DNA of 64,000 nt, taken from Macrostomum lignano (lineage: Eukaryota). Both the position numbers and the translations under genes were made by a program. Below the pieces are notes generated by a model that saw only the letters and a list, made by a program, of their open reading frames with translations, searched no databases and was not told where the DNA came from. Location: the NCBI GenBank assembly GCA_002269645.1, contig NIVC01000133.1, positions 1-64,000 of the forward strand, in the 5' to 3' direction. How positions within the stretch are numbered: the stretch's first letter is position 1; every line of letters begins with the position of its first letter. Positions 11,301-23,500 of this stretch are shown here, piece after piece.

Positions 11301-14300
11301 GCCGCCTGCTGGCCGCTGTCGGTCAGGCAGAACTCGCAGATCAGCGGCTTGACGCCGTCCGGATCGGCGCCGATGGCCAGCGAAACGGTGCGGCTGCTGC
11401 AAATTGGAAATTCTCAAGAAAATGAGAACGTTTCCCATCGAAAGAAGCTAAGCTGATGGGCGCAATTTGCATGTCTCAAGCCGCGCACGGAATCGAACCC
11501 CGGGCACTTCTGCGCTGCAGAATCAGACAGACGCGTTAACCGCTGATCTACTTTGCCCTCATTTTTATTAAACATTAAAATAACATACACGTGTAAGACA
11601 TGCGTCATACTACTTGACAAGTAGCGTAGACTATCTAATTCGACTTTTTGAGGTAGCGCCCTACTTCATCAGTGGAAAACGGCTTGAACCACCAAGTTAA
11701 ACTGTACCGGGTTTGCTTGGTCGTTGCTTCCATATCTCTTCCAAACCTGATGTCTCTTTCATCTTAAGATTTTCTGTAAAAAGGCCAAACTGCATGGGAT
11801 ACTGAAATCTGGACCCTGGGCCTAATCGACACTTACGCTCCGTAGTTGCCCCCGTCGGTCTCGGCCAGGTCGGCCCCGTCCGACAGACCGAGACGGATCA
11901 ACCGGCCCGGCCGACTCGGATCCATCGGCGGCAGGCGATTGGTATAGGGAAGCCACAGGCTGGCTGGGAAGCTGACAGACAGAAAGGCGGTGGCGGCGCC
12001 AGCCAGGTGCAGATGAGTCACCAGGTCCGGGTCGATCCGGTGGCGCAGGCTGGCGTTGTGCCCGCTGTCCAACACTACGTAGAAGTCCTTCAAGCGTCGG
12101 ACGATCGTCGTCTCGAAGGCAAAGCCGTCCCTATCTTTTGCGTCGCTGCGGCTGGTGGCGTCCACTGCTTCGTCGCTCTGCTGACCGTTGACGATGGCGC
12201 TGAGGGCCAGACAGCCGACGGCGCCGCTGTCCGATTCTCTGCTGGGCGCCACCCGGGCAAGGAGGGCAAAGTCCGCTGAGCTCGGGTCAGCGCCGGTTCG
12301 AAGCGAAATTCGACAGTTGTTGCCGGCCGGCATCGAAGCGGCCGACGGCAGCAACCGGGCCCAGATTCGAATCTGGCTGCCTACTGGCTGCTGCTTGGGA
12401 AGAGCCGTCAGTGGATTGGCTCGCTGGAGGGAATGATGGGGCGAGGTAGTAAGTTCCGATTGGCTGAGCGGGTGCAGACACGATTCATCGGGCAGGGCTA
12501 TGGGTGAGGTAGTGAGCTCCGATTGGCTTAGCGGATGGCAGACACGATTCATCGGGCAGGGCTATGAGCGAGGTAGTGAGCTCCAATTGGCTGAGCGGAT
12601 AGCAGACACGATTCATCGAGCAGGGCTATAGGCGAGGTAGTGAGTTCTGATTGGACGGCGGCAAGATATGAGAGATTTTTTGTTAAAAATTGTTAATTGC
12701 AATTAGGCATGTGCTTTCTTAAAACAAGAATTTATAATTTCAATCTCTTACCATCTCCTTGATTTTGAAATCCTCCAGCATTAGATCGCCTTCAATGTAC
12801 AGGCTCTTCACTCTTCTAGCATCCAACTTCATCAAGTACGTCATTATGTACTCGCCATTAATATGAATCTGAATTCGGAGTTAACGAGAAATCTGCCTAA
12901 TTAAAACTCATTATTAATGCATTTCATACACAATAAACGAACACCGATCAGTCGATAATTCCTATTGGCACATATACTATAAATTACAAAATGTACTGTA
13001 CTTCCAGAAAATGTAGGCGTACAGTTTCCCCCATACTTCTCCAATACGGCAGCATTTAGTCCTTGAGTTCTGGATAATGGTTTTGTCTATGGTACTTCCG
13101 AGCGACAAATGGGTGGTTAGACGAAGGTCGGAACTCGGGATAATGGGTGGGGCACGAGTGTGCTAAATTCAGCAACGCCTAGATCACGCGCACAAGTCTA
13201 TGGCGTTGCTGGATTCAACGCAGCCTCCAGCCCATTTCTAGGAAAATAAAGTTTCGTGTCCTTCTACTTTAATTGCCTATGCAAGTACATTAAAATGGTC
13301 TGATCTATGTTGTCTAGTTCTATTATTAGACGCGGTGGATTAGCAGGTATCAGAGTGGAAAAACAGTCTGACCTAAAGACTACTTAAGAAACCTGAAACA
13401 TTAAACTACCCACATGCCTGTACATGCCCTACAAGGAGAATTCCAGGGCTATACTCGTACTTCTGCCTTCCTGTTAGCTGCGACTCCATTTTCGCCTTAA
13501 TTGGCTGCAGCACCCCTGAGAAACTCACCCGAACCACCTGGCCGTGAATTGTCAGCAAAACGCTGCGCAGTTTCGCCAGCTGGTTTAAACCGCGTTTCTC
13601 CATCTCCTTGACGAAGCCGCCACCGTCGTCGCCGCCGTTGCTGCTGCAAGTGTCGTCCAGATCGGCTCGACCTACCGTAGCTGTCAGGCTGGCGATGCTG
13701 AGCGAGCAGGTCATGGCCGCGCCGTCGGCCAGGCCGAACAGGAGGCCGGTGGAGCTGCTGTCCGGCCGCAGGCCGAGCCGCACAGATTCAACCAGGCTGA
13801 GCGGGCAGGCCAGGCGTTCGCGTAGCGGCAGCTCCAGGCGTTCGTGAAACTCCACGCTAGTGTACTCGCAGTCGGGGTGCAGCACCAGGTGAGTGAAGTC
13901 GGACACCGGAATGTGATGCGGTAACACGCATTCCGTATCGGCGAGAGCCGTCTGAAAACCGGTTGAAAAAATAGTTCGTCAGGTTAAACCTACGCCAACT
14001 CAATGCCAAGACAGATCCTTCCAGATTGCAAACAACTTTTCGTCGCCTTTCGAATTAAACAAGAGTTGGATGAAAAAAACGGTGGACTCCTCATTAAATC
14101 CTCTTCAAACTCCCAGCTGTTCTGGTCTGCGGCTACTCGTCAGATGCCCAAGAAGTAAGGTTAGAAATCTTACGCTGAGTCCCAGTCGCTTGAAACAAAT
14201 CACCAGACGAAACTCGTCGTTCTGCTTTGGTGACAGCAGCGCCTTCGCCTCGCAGACGGGTTGCCCCCCAATTAGCTGGCAGGTGTGCATCAGCGACGGC

Positions 14301-14575
14301 TGGTCGGCTCCGCCAGGGAAGGAAATCAGCAACTCGAAGGCCTGGGCACCGGGCGAGTAATCGAGATTTTCCAAAGACAATTTAAGCCTGAAGAGCAGCA
14401 GTGTGATTTTTACCAATATTTTAAACGCTTGTTCAGCGCATGAAAAACTATATTTAAAGATACATTTTAACAGTTAGTCTCACCCAGCTGAAGAGTAGTT
14501 GGTCATTCGGCCGTAAATCACAATGCTGTGTCCATACCGTATTTGCACTGGGAGTCGCGCTCGGAATGGAATTAT
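8306..14575 (-). CDS. Four tandem C-terminal galectin-fold (Gal-bind_lectin-like) domains, seven exons
   Basis: Galectin-like start motifs: IIPFRARLPVQIRYGHSIVIYGRM, LELPLRERL, NPLTALPKQQPVGSQIRIWARL..CRISLRTGADPSSADFALLARV, LWLPYTNRLP..PGRLIRLG. Galectin-like end motifs: IHINGEYIMTYLMKLDARRVKSLYIEGDLMLEDFKI, FYVVLDSGHNASLRHRIDPDLVTHLHLAG, LVVNKRIVSSYRADISPKDARWIVITGNISLLNVEL. Assigned by eye against the recalled galectin strand pattern. Confidence 0.72.
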
Positions 14576-17500
14576 CTGTATAGTTCAAAAATATATATAT
14601 AGCTTCATGTCACCTGTAGAATATCACAGGTAAAGGAGCTTTCAACTTATTCGCCGGAATGCAGCCCAAAGTAAAGCTCCATACCGAACCGACTGTTATC
14701 GACAACTTGTCGGACTGGTTGAAAAAAAATTCGGAGACATTCCACCTAGATCTAGGTCACATCCTTGTTCTCCCTCGATTTCCTATTCTGAGATATTCCA
14801 TCTAGGTCACATCCTTGTTCTCCCTCGATTTCCTATTCCGAGACATTCGATCTAGGTCACATCATTGCTCTCCCTCGATTTCCTATCCCGAGACATTCCA
14901 TTTAGGTTACATCCTTCTTCTTCCTCGATTTCCTATCCCGAGATATCCCATTTAGGTTACATCCTTGCTATCCCTCGATTTCCTATCTAAAAGAACTCTT
15001 ACCGGCTTCAGAGTTGAGAATCCTTTGGCATTTTTTCGCCGCTCCAAATCTTCAATGGCAGATTCGTTCGTCAGCTGGAACTCCAGAGTGTCCCCATGGC
15101 TGCCGTCGCCGAATTGCAGAGAATTGCTGAGCTCTCTGTCTGAGCCGGCTCGAGGCCCGTCCCCGCTAGGGCTGTTAAACGCCTCGCTTTGCCAGTGGTC
15201 TCCAGAGGGCTTTTTCCAGTTGACTTGCCGCCTACTCAACCTTAACGATGCTGGCTCAGCTGAGAACTTCTTAGCCAGTCGCTGTTTGAACGAATCTTCG
15301 CTACAGCTGCTGCTGTCGTCGCTGCTGCTGCCGTCAGTTTCGCTGCTGCAACCGGAGGCCAGACGGTCACCTTTCACAAATCCGCTGGCGCCTTGCAAGT
15401 TATAGGAACTGTATCGAAATACTCCGAACTTGGCAGCGTCTTGAGCCCTGGATGGCTTCTGATTCGCTCCAGGCATCTTGGCTAGTGTCGAAATCATAAC
15501 ATCAGTGCCGTTGGACATTATGGCATGGTGGTCTGCTTCTTCGACATGCGTGTTTGGACCGATCGGCTCCGGACTGCGACCATCCCGTAATTTGCTCTGC
15601 TCGGTCCATTTGGAATTGAGCGTAGCGTTGGTCTGATTAGCGGCAATCTATGAAGGAGTTACAAGAAAATCGCTTTTAGAGGCATTGCTTTAAAGCTGGA
15701 GCATTAAAATTTCATGCAAAGAATTTTTTCCGACGATATTTTTCCCATTAGTTTGTCTCATCAACTAAATCTCATCTCATCATCTAAATAAAAATATCGT
15801 AGTATATTTCCTTCGTAAACCTCAGCGGGAAAATCTTGTTCACCCTTTGAAACTATTGCTTCTCAATATCTTCGAATATACTAAATCATTTACTATAGGC
15901 GCCCTTGCGAGGCACATTTAAGGTAACGCATTTTTTATTAGAGGCAAAGGGGTTGTGTGCACCCTGGCGCACTTTAAGCGACATCAACACACAACCGGCG
16001 AAAGGCATTACTGCCCATTCCGCCGACTCCCCTGAGCAGGCATACAAGCGCGGATACGTACGCAGGCACACACTCACACAGGAGTGTACAGCGGCCCTAA
16101 CTTTATTTTATCGCTAGGCATGTACACTTCACTGTGCCTTGGGGGGTTGGCTCTCAAGGCCGTTAATTGCACGAGCAGAGCCAAGCCGAGATTCCAATTT
16201 AGCCCCAAATTAATGTGACTGCACTTGGAATCGAGCCTGGGTCGCTGGCACACCAGAGCCTGCGCTAGACCGCTGGGCTACGCCCCCCCCCCCCAAAAGA
16301 GACGATGCATACTGAAACAAAAATGATTTAGTAGATTAAAAAAAGCTTACACTGCCGCCATCAAAGAAGTACGGAGGCTCGTCATTGTCCGCCTCGCTGT
16401 CCTCGTCCTCACTGGCAGACAGGCGACCCGGCTGCTGGACAACATCATCCAACTGGCCACGAGTGCCTGTGTCGGCGCCTTCTGCTGCAGAACTGGCAGA
16501 CTCGATTACTGACTGGAGCGATTCTCTGGATTCACACTCTTGGCGCACCAGTGTTGGGGTTCCATCGAGCACTTTTGGCAAACTGATTTCATGCGCAGTT
16601 GTAGCGGCACTTATCTCAATTGCGTTCAATTCAGGATCTGAAGAATTTTCTGCTTGCTCTTGTTTAAGCTCTGCTTGTTGAACCTCGGTTTGGACAAGTG
16701 CCTTATCATTCGAGAGTTTGCTATCGTTGCTTAGAGGTGAAGAATCCCGCAAATTTTCGTTGTTGGAACGTGGCGAATTCGATTCTTCTAAGCTGTACGA
16801 CTTGCGTGAAGGCTGGTTGTCGTAGTAGTGAGAGACAGTACTCGAGGGTGAAACGGTATCTACCACGCTACTGTTAGTATTTGAGTCAAACGGCTTATCC
16901 TCGCTGTGAGCATCTTTAAAGCACGTTTTTTCTTCTTCTGATTCAATGTGTTCTGGCTGAAAGCCTCCCTGAGTGACAGTGTGTACAGACAAACTGTGAT
17001 TTTGATCCAATGACGCGGTCTCTGACAGAGGGGAGGCTCCTTCAAATTCAGGACTGTTTTGACTGGCGTGCGATGCAGTTGATTTATCCGATTCTTCAGC
17101 TAGGTTCCTGTCGAGCAAGCCTTTGACTGACCTTTCAGTTTGAAAAGTCACGTTTTCGACACCTGCAGCTGCTGGGGTTCTATTTGAAATATCTGTCGAC
17201 GTGTTGTCTAGACAAGTGAAATCCAACTTACTCATCGGATCCATGCCTTCTTTTATAGTCGGCTTTGCATAACTATAAGATGGCACGCTAGTGTTAGGAT
17301 TATCATTGAACTCAAGGCAGCGTGTTATATCTATGGCTTCACTTGGAAAATTAATTTTGTTAGTGCCTTTTTCAAGATCACTTGAAGCTTTCTCTTGCCC
17401 TGAAGACGCTTCCTGCAATTCCATCGAAATCTGTTGGTCCTCGTACTCGATCCGGACCTCATCGACGTCCTGGTCGAGGTGCTTCACCAAGCTCTTTATG

Positions 17501-20500
17501 TCGTCGACTTCTGCTCCAATGGACTCATCGCGCTGCTCAGCATCAGTACCCTGCTGCAGCTTTCGAGCAAGCACGCTTTCCTCGGTCTCTTCAGCGAGAT
17601 CGGCTGACTGGCTTTCGTGACGAAGCTCTCGGATCGGAGGCTCCGGCAATTCCATCGAAACCTGTTGGTCCTCGTACTCGATCCGGACCTCATCGACGTC
17701 CTGGTCGAGGTGCATCACCAAGCTCTTTATGTCGTCGACTTCTGCTCCAATGGACTCATCGCGCTGCTCAGCATCAGTAACCTGCTGCAGCTTTCGAGCA
17801 AGCACGCTTTCCTCGTTCTCTTCAGCGAGATCGGCTGACTGGCTTTCGTGACGAAGCTCTCGGATTGAGGGCTCCAAAATTTCGATTGACAGTTGCTGAT
17901 CCTGTGTCGAAGCTTCTTTTGTTGCTGCACTGCTACTTCCGACTTGCTCCTGGTTGTCCTGTTCGCTACTTTTGGTTTGACTAACTGTATCTGGGTCTCT
18001 TGACATTGACGGCACTTGTGTTTCGTTAGTCTCGCTGTCATTTCTCTGTGCTAGTTGACTTGATTGCTTCCTACGGAAGCTCGCCTCGTTTTCCGCGTTT
18101 CCAGCTGTGTCCAAGTCGGAGACATTATACGATCCTCTGTGTCGCTTAAAAACACCCATAAACTTTCCGAACACGTTCTTTTTGTGCTTTGGTGGGTATG
18201 ATGACTCGAGTGGCATCGAGCTTTGAGAACCAGAGCTCTGACTTTTATCGTCGTGCGTTCCAGTCACACTTACACTGTGGGGTCTCGTCTGAGGTTTTTC
18301 TCTCTTTGCCGAGCTCTCACCAGATGTGTGTCGCAGCCTTACTTTTGATTCGATGGGCGGAAACTCTGCACTTCCCAAAGACAAGCGTTTTACTATTTTT
18401 GATGACTTTGGCTCAGCCAGATCTATCGACCTACTCTCGTTTCTTTCGTCGACGGGTGCGTCCCTAATATGATGCAGGAGATCGTCTGACTGCCAGGATC
18501 GATCGCTCTCATTGGAAATTTGACTATCGCGATCAAACGAGTGCCCGTAGCGGCGAGGCTCGTGGATGATGGGCTCCGGCAATTCCATCGAAATCTGTTG
18601 GTCCTCGTACTCGATCCGGACCTCATCGACGTCCTGGTCGAGGTGCTTCACCAAGCTCTTTATGTCGTCGAATTCTGCTCCAATGGACTCATCGCGCTGC
18701 TCAGCATCAGTAACCTGCTGCAGCTTTCGAGCAGGCACGCTTTCCTCGGTCTCTTCAGCGAGATCGGCTGACTGGCTTTGGTGACGAATCTCTCGGATCG
18801 GAGGCTCCGGCAATTCCATCGAAATCTGTTGGTCCTCGTACTCGATCCGGACCTCATCGACGTCCTGGTCGAGGTGCTTCACCAAGCTCTTTATGTCGTC
18901 GACTTCTGCTCCAATGGACTCATCGCGCTGCTCAGCATCAGTACCCTGCTGCAGCTTTCGAGCAAGCACGCTTTCCTCGGTCTCTTCAGCGAGATCGGCT
19001 GACTGGCTTTCGTGACGAAGCTCTCGGATCGGAGGCTCCGGCAATTCCATCGAAATCTGTTGGTCCTCGTACTCGATCCGGACCTCATCGACGTCCTGGT
19101 CGAGGTGCTTCACCAAGCTCTTTATGTCGTCGACTTCTGCTCCAATGGACTCATCGCGCTGCTCAGCATCAGTACCCTGCTGCAGCTTTCGAGCAAGCAC
19201 GCTTTCCTCGGTCTCTTCAGCGAGATCGGCTGACTGGCTTTCGTGACGAATCTCTCGGATCGGAGGCTCCGGCAATTCCATCGAAATCTGTTGGTCCAGG
19301 TACTCGATCCGGACCTCATCGACGTCCTGGTCGAGGTGCTTCACCAAGCTCTTTATGTCGTCGACTTCTGCTCCAATGGACTCATCGCGCTGCTCAGCAT
19401 CAGTACCCTGCTGCAGCTTTCGAGCAGGCACGCTTTCCTCGGTCTCTTCAGCGAGATCGGCTGACTGGCTTTGGTGACGAATCTCTCGGATCGGAGGCTC
19501 CGGCAATTCCATCGAAATCTGTTGGTCCTCGTACTCGATCCGGACCTCATCGACGTCCTGGTCGAGGTGCTTCACCAAGCTCTTTATGTCGTCGACTTCT
19601 GCTCCAATGGACTCATCGCGCTGCTCAGCATCAGTACCCTGCTGCAGCTTTCGAGCAAGCACGCTTTCCTCGGTCTCTTCAGCGAGATCGGCTGACTGGC
19701 TTTGGTGACGAATCTCTCGGATCGGAGGCTCCGGCAATTCCATCGAAATCTGTTGGTCCAGGTACTCGATCCGGACCTCATCGACGTCCTGGTCGAGGTG
19801 CTTCACCAAGCTCTTTATGTCGTCGACTTCTGCTCCAATGGACTCATCGCGCTGCTCAGCATCAGTACCCTGCTGCAGCTTTCGAGCAGGCACGCTCTCC
19901 TCGGTCTCTTCAGCGAGATCGGCTGACTGGCTTTCGTGACGAAGCTCTCGGATCTGAGGCTCCGGCAATTCCATCGAAATCTGTTGGTCCTCGTACTCGA
20001 TCCGGACCTCATCGACGTCCTGGTCGAGGTGCATCACCAATCTCTTTATGTCGTCGACTTCTGCTCCAATGGACTCATCGCGCTGCTCAGCATCAGTAAC
20101 CTGCTGCAGCTTTCGAGCAAGCACGCTTTCCTCGGTCTCTTCAGCGAGATCGGCTGACTGGCTTTCGTGACGAAGCTCTCGGATTGAGGGCTCCAAAATT
20201 TCGATTGACAGTTGCTGATCCTGTGTCGAAGCTTCTTTTGTTGCTGCACTGCTACTTCCGACTTGCTCCTGGTTTTCCTGTTCGCTACTTTTGGTTTGAC
20301 TAACTGTATCTGGGTCTCTTGACATTGACGGCACTTGTGTTTCGTTAGTCTCGCTTTCATTTCTCTGTGCTAGTTGACTTGATTGCTTCCTACGGAAGCT
20401 CGCCTCGTTTTCCGCGTTTCCAGCTGTGTCCAAGTCGGAGACATTATACGATCCTCTGTGTCGCTTAAAAACACCCATGAACTTTCCGAACACGTTCTTT

Positions 20501-23500
20501 TTGTGCTTTGGTGGGTATGATGACTCGAGTGGCATCGAGCTTTGAGAACCAGAGCTCTGACTTTTATCGTCGTGCGTTCCAGTCACACTTACACTGTGGG
20601 GTCTCGTCTGAGGTTTTTCTCTCTTTGCCGAGCTCTCACCAGATGTGTGTCGCAGCCTTACTTTTGATTCGATGGGCGGAAACTCTGCACTTCCCAAAGA
20701 CAAGCGTTTTACTATTTTTGATGACTTTGGCTCAGCCAGATCTATCGACCTACTCTCGTTTCTTTCGTCGACGGGTGCGTCCCTAATATGATGCAGGAGA
20801 TCGTCTGACTGCCAGGATTGATCGCTCTCCTTGGAAATTTGACTATCGCGATCAACCGAGTGCCCGTAGCGGCGAGGCTCGTGGATGATGGGCTCCGGCA
20901 ATTCCATCGAAATCTGTTGGTCCTCGTACTCGATCCGGACCTCATCGATGTCCTGGTCGAGGTGCTTCACCAAGCTCTTTATGTCGTCGACTTCTGCTCC
21001 AATGGACTCATCGCGCTGCTCAGCATCAGTAACCTGCTGCAGCTTTCGAGCAGGCACGCTTTCCTCGGTCTCTTCAGCGAGATCGGCTGACTGGCTTTGG
21101 TGACGAATCTCTCGGATCGGAGGCTCCGGCAATTCCATCGAAATCTGTTGGTCCTCGTACTCGATCCGGACCTCATCGACGTCCTGGTCGAGGTGCTTCA
21201 CCAAGCTCTTTATGTCGTCGACTTCTGCTCCAATGGACTCATCGCGCTGCTCAGCATCAGTAACCTGCTGCAGCTTTCGAGCAAGCACGCTTTCCTCGGT
21301 CTCTTCAGCGAGATCGGCTGACTGGCTTTCGTGACGAAGCTCTCGGATCGGAGGCTCCGGCAATTCCATCGAAATCTGTTGGTCCTCGTACTCGATCCGG
21401 ACCTCATCGACGTCCTGGTCGAGGTGCTTCACCAAGCTCTTTATGTCGTCGACTTCTGCTCCAATGGACTCATCGCGCTGCTCAGCATCAGTAACCTGCT
21501 GCAGCTTTCGAGCAGGCACGCTCTCCTCGGTCTCTTCAGCGAGATCGGCTGACTGGCTTTCGTGACGAAGCTCTCGGATCGGAGGCTCCGGCAATTCCAT
21601 CGAAATCTGTTGGTCCTCGTACTCGATCCGGACCTCATCGACGTCCTGGTCGAGGTGCATCACTAAGCTCTTCATGTCGTCGACTTCTGCTCCAATGGAC
21701 TCATCGCGCTGCTCAGCATCAGTAACCTGCTGCAGCTTTCGAGCAAGCACGCTTTCCTCGGTCTCTTCAGCGAGATCGGCTGACTGGCTTTGGTGACGAA
21801 TCTCTCGGATCGGAGGCTCCGGCAATTCCATCGAAATCTGTTGGTCCAGGTACTCGATCCGGACCTCATCGACGTCCTGGTCGAGGTGCTTCACCAAGCT
21901 CTTTATGTCGTCGACTTCTGCTCCAATGGACTCATCGCGCTGCTCAGCATCAGTACCCTGCTGCAGCTTTCGAGCAGGCACGCTCTCCTCGGTCTCTTCA
22001 GCGAGATCGGCTGACTGGCTTTCGTGACGAAGCTCTCGGATCGGAGGCTCCGGCAATTCCATCGAAATCTGTTGGTCCTCGTACTCGATCCGGACCTCAT
22101 CGACGTCCTGGTCGAGGTGCATCACCAAGCTCTTTATGTCGTCGACTTCTGCTCCAATGGACTCATCGCGCTGCTCAGCATCAGTAACCTGCTGCAGCTT
22201 TCGAGCAAGCACGCTTTCCTCGGTCTCTTCAGCGAGATCGGCTGACTGGCTTTGGTGACGAATCTCTCGGATCGGAGGCTCCGGCAATTCCATCGAAATC
22301 TGTTGGTCCTCGTACTCGATCCGGACCTCATCGACGTCCTGGTCGAGGTGCATTACCAAGCTCTTTATGTCGTCGACTTCTGCTCCAATGGACTCATCGC
22401 GCTGCTCAGCATCAGTAACCTGCTGCAGCTTTCGAGCAAGCACGCTTTCCTCGTTCTCTTCAGCGAGATCGGCTGACTGGCTTTCGTGACGAAGCTCTCG
22501 GATTGAGGGCTCCAAAATTTCGATTGACAGTTGCTGATCCTGTGTCGAAGCTTCTTTTGTTGCTGCACTGCTACTTCCGACTTGCTCCTGGTTGTCCTGT
22601 TCGCTACTTTTGGTTTGACTAACTGTATCTGGGTCTCTTGACATTGACGGCACTTGTGTTTCGTTAGTCTCGCTGTCATTTCTCTGTGCTAGTTGACTTG
22701 ATTGCTTCCTACGGAAGCTCGCCTCGTTTTCCGCGTTTCCAGCTGTGTCCAAGTCGGAGACATTATACGATCCTCTGTGTCGCTTAAAAACACCCATGAA
22801 CTTTCCGAACACGTTCTTTTTGTGCTTTGGTGGGTATGATGACTCGAGTGGCATCGAGCTTTGAGAACCAGAGCTCTGACTTTTATCGTCGTGCGTTCCA
22901 GTCACACTTACACTGTGGGGTCTCGTCTGAGGTTTTTCTCTCTTTGCCGAGCTCTCACCAGATGTGTGTCGCAGCCTTACTTTTGATTCGATGGGCGGAA
23001 ACTCTGCACTTCCCAAAGACAAGCGTTTTACTATTTTTGATGACTTTGGCTCAGCCAGATCTATCGACCTACTCTCGTTTCTTTCGTCGACGGGTGCGTC
23101 CCTAATATGATGCAGGAGATCGTCTGACTGCCAGGATTGATCGCTCTCCTTGGAAATTTGACTATCGCGATCAACCGAGTGCCCGTAGCGGCGAGGCTCG
23201 TGGATGATGGGCTCCGGCAATTCCATCGAAATCTGTTGGTCCTCGTACTCGATCCGGACCTCATCGATGTCCTGGTCGAGGTGCTTCACCAAGCTCTTTA
23301 TGTCGTCGACTTCTGCTCCAATGGACTCATCGCGCTGCTCAGCATCAGTACCCTGCTGCAGCTTTCGAGCAGGCACGCTTTCCTCGGTCTCTTCAGCGAG
23401 ATCGGCTGACTGGCTTTGGTGACGAATCTCTCGGATCGGAGGCTCCGGCAATTCCATCGAAATCTGTTGGTCCTCGTACTCGATCCGGACCTCATCGACG

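Noticed and set aside
11481-16290. Functional tRNA genes at 11481-11560 and 16221-16290
   Set aside because: A and B boxes are present, but the acceptor stem and anticodon arm do not pair properly; treated as SINE-like heads.
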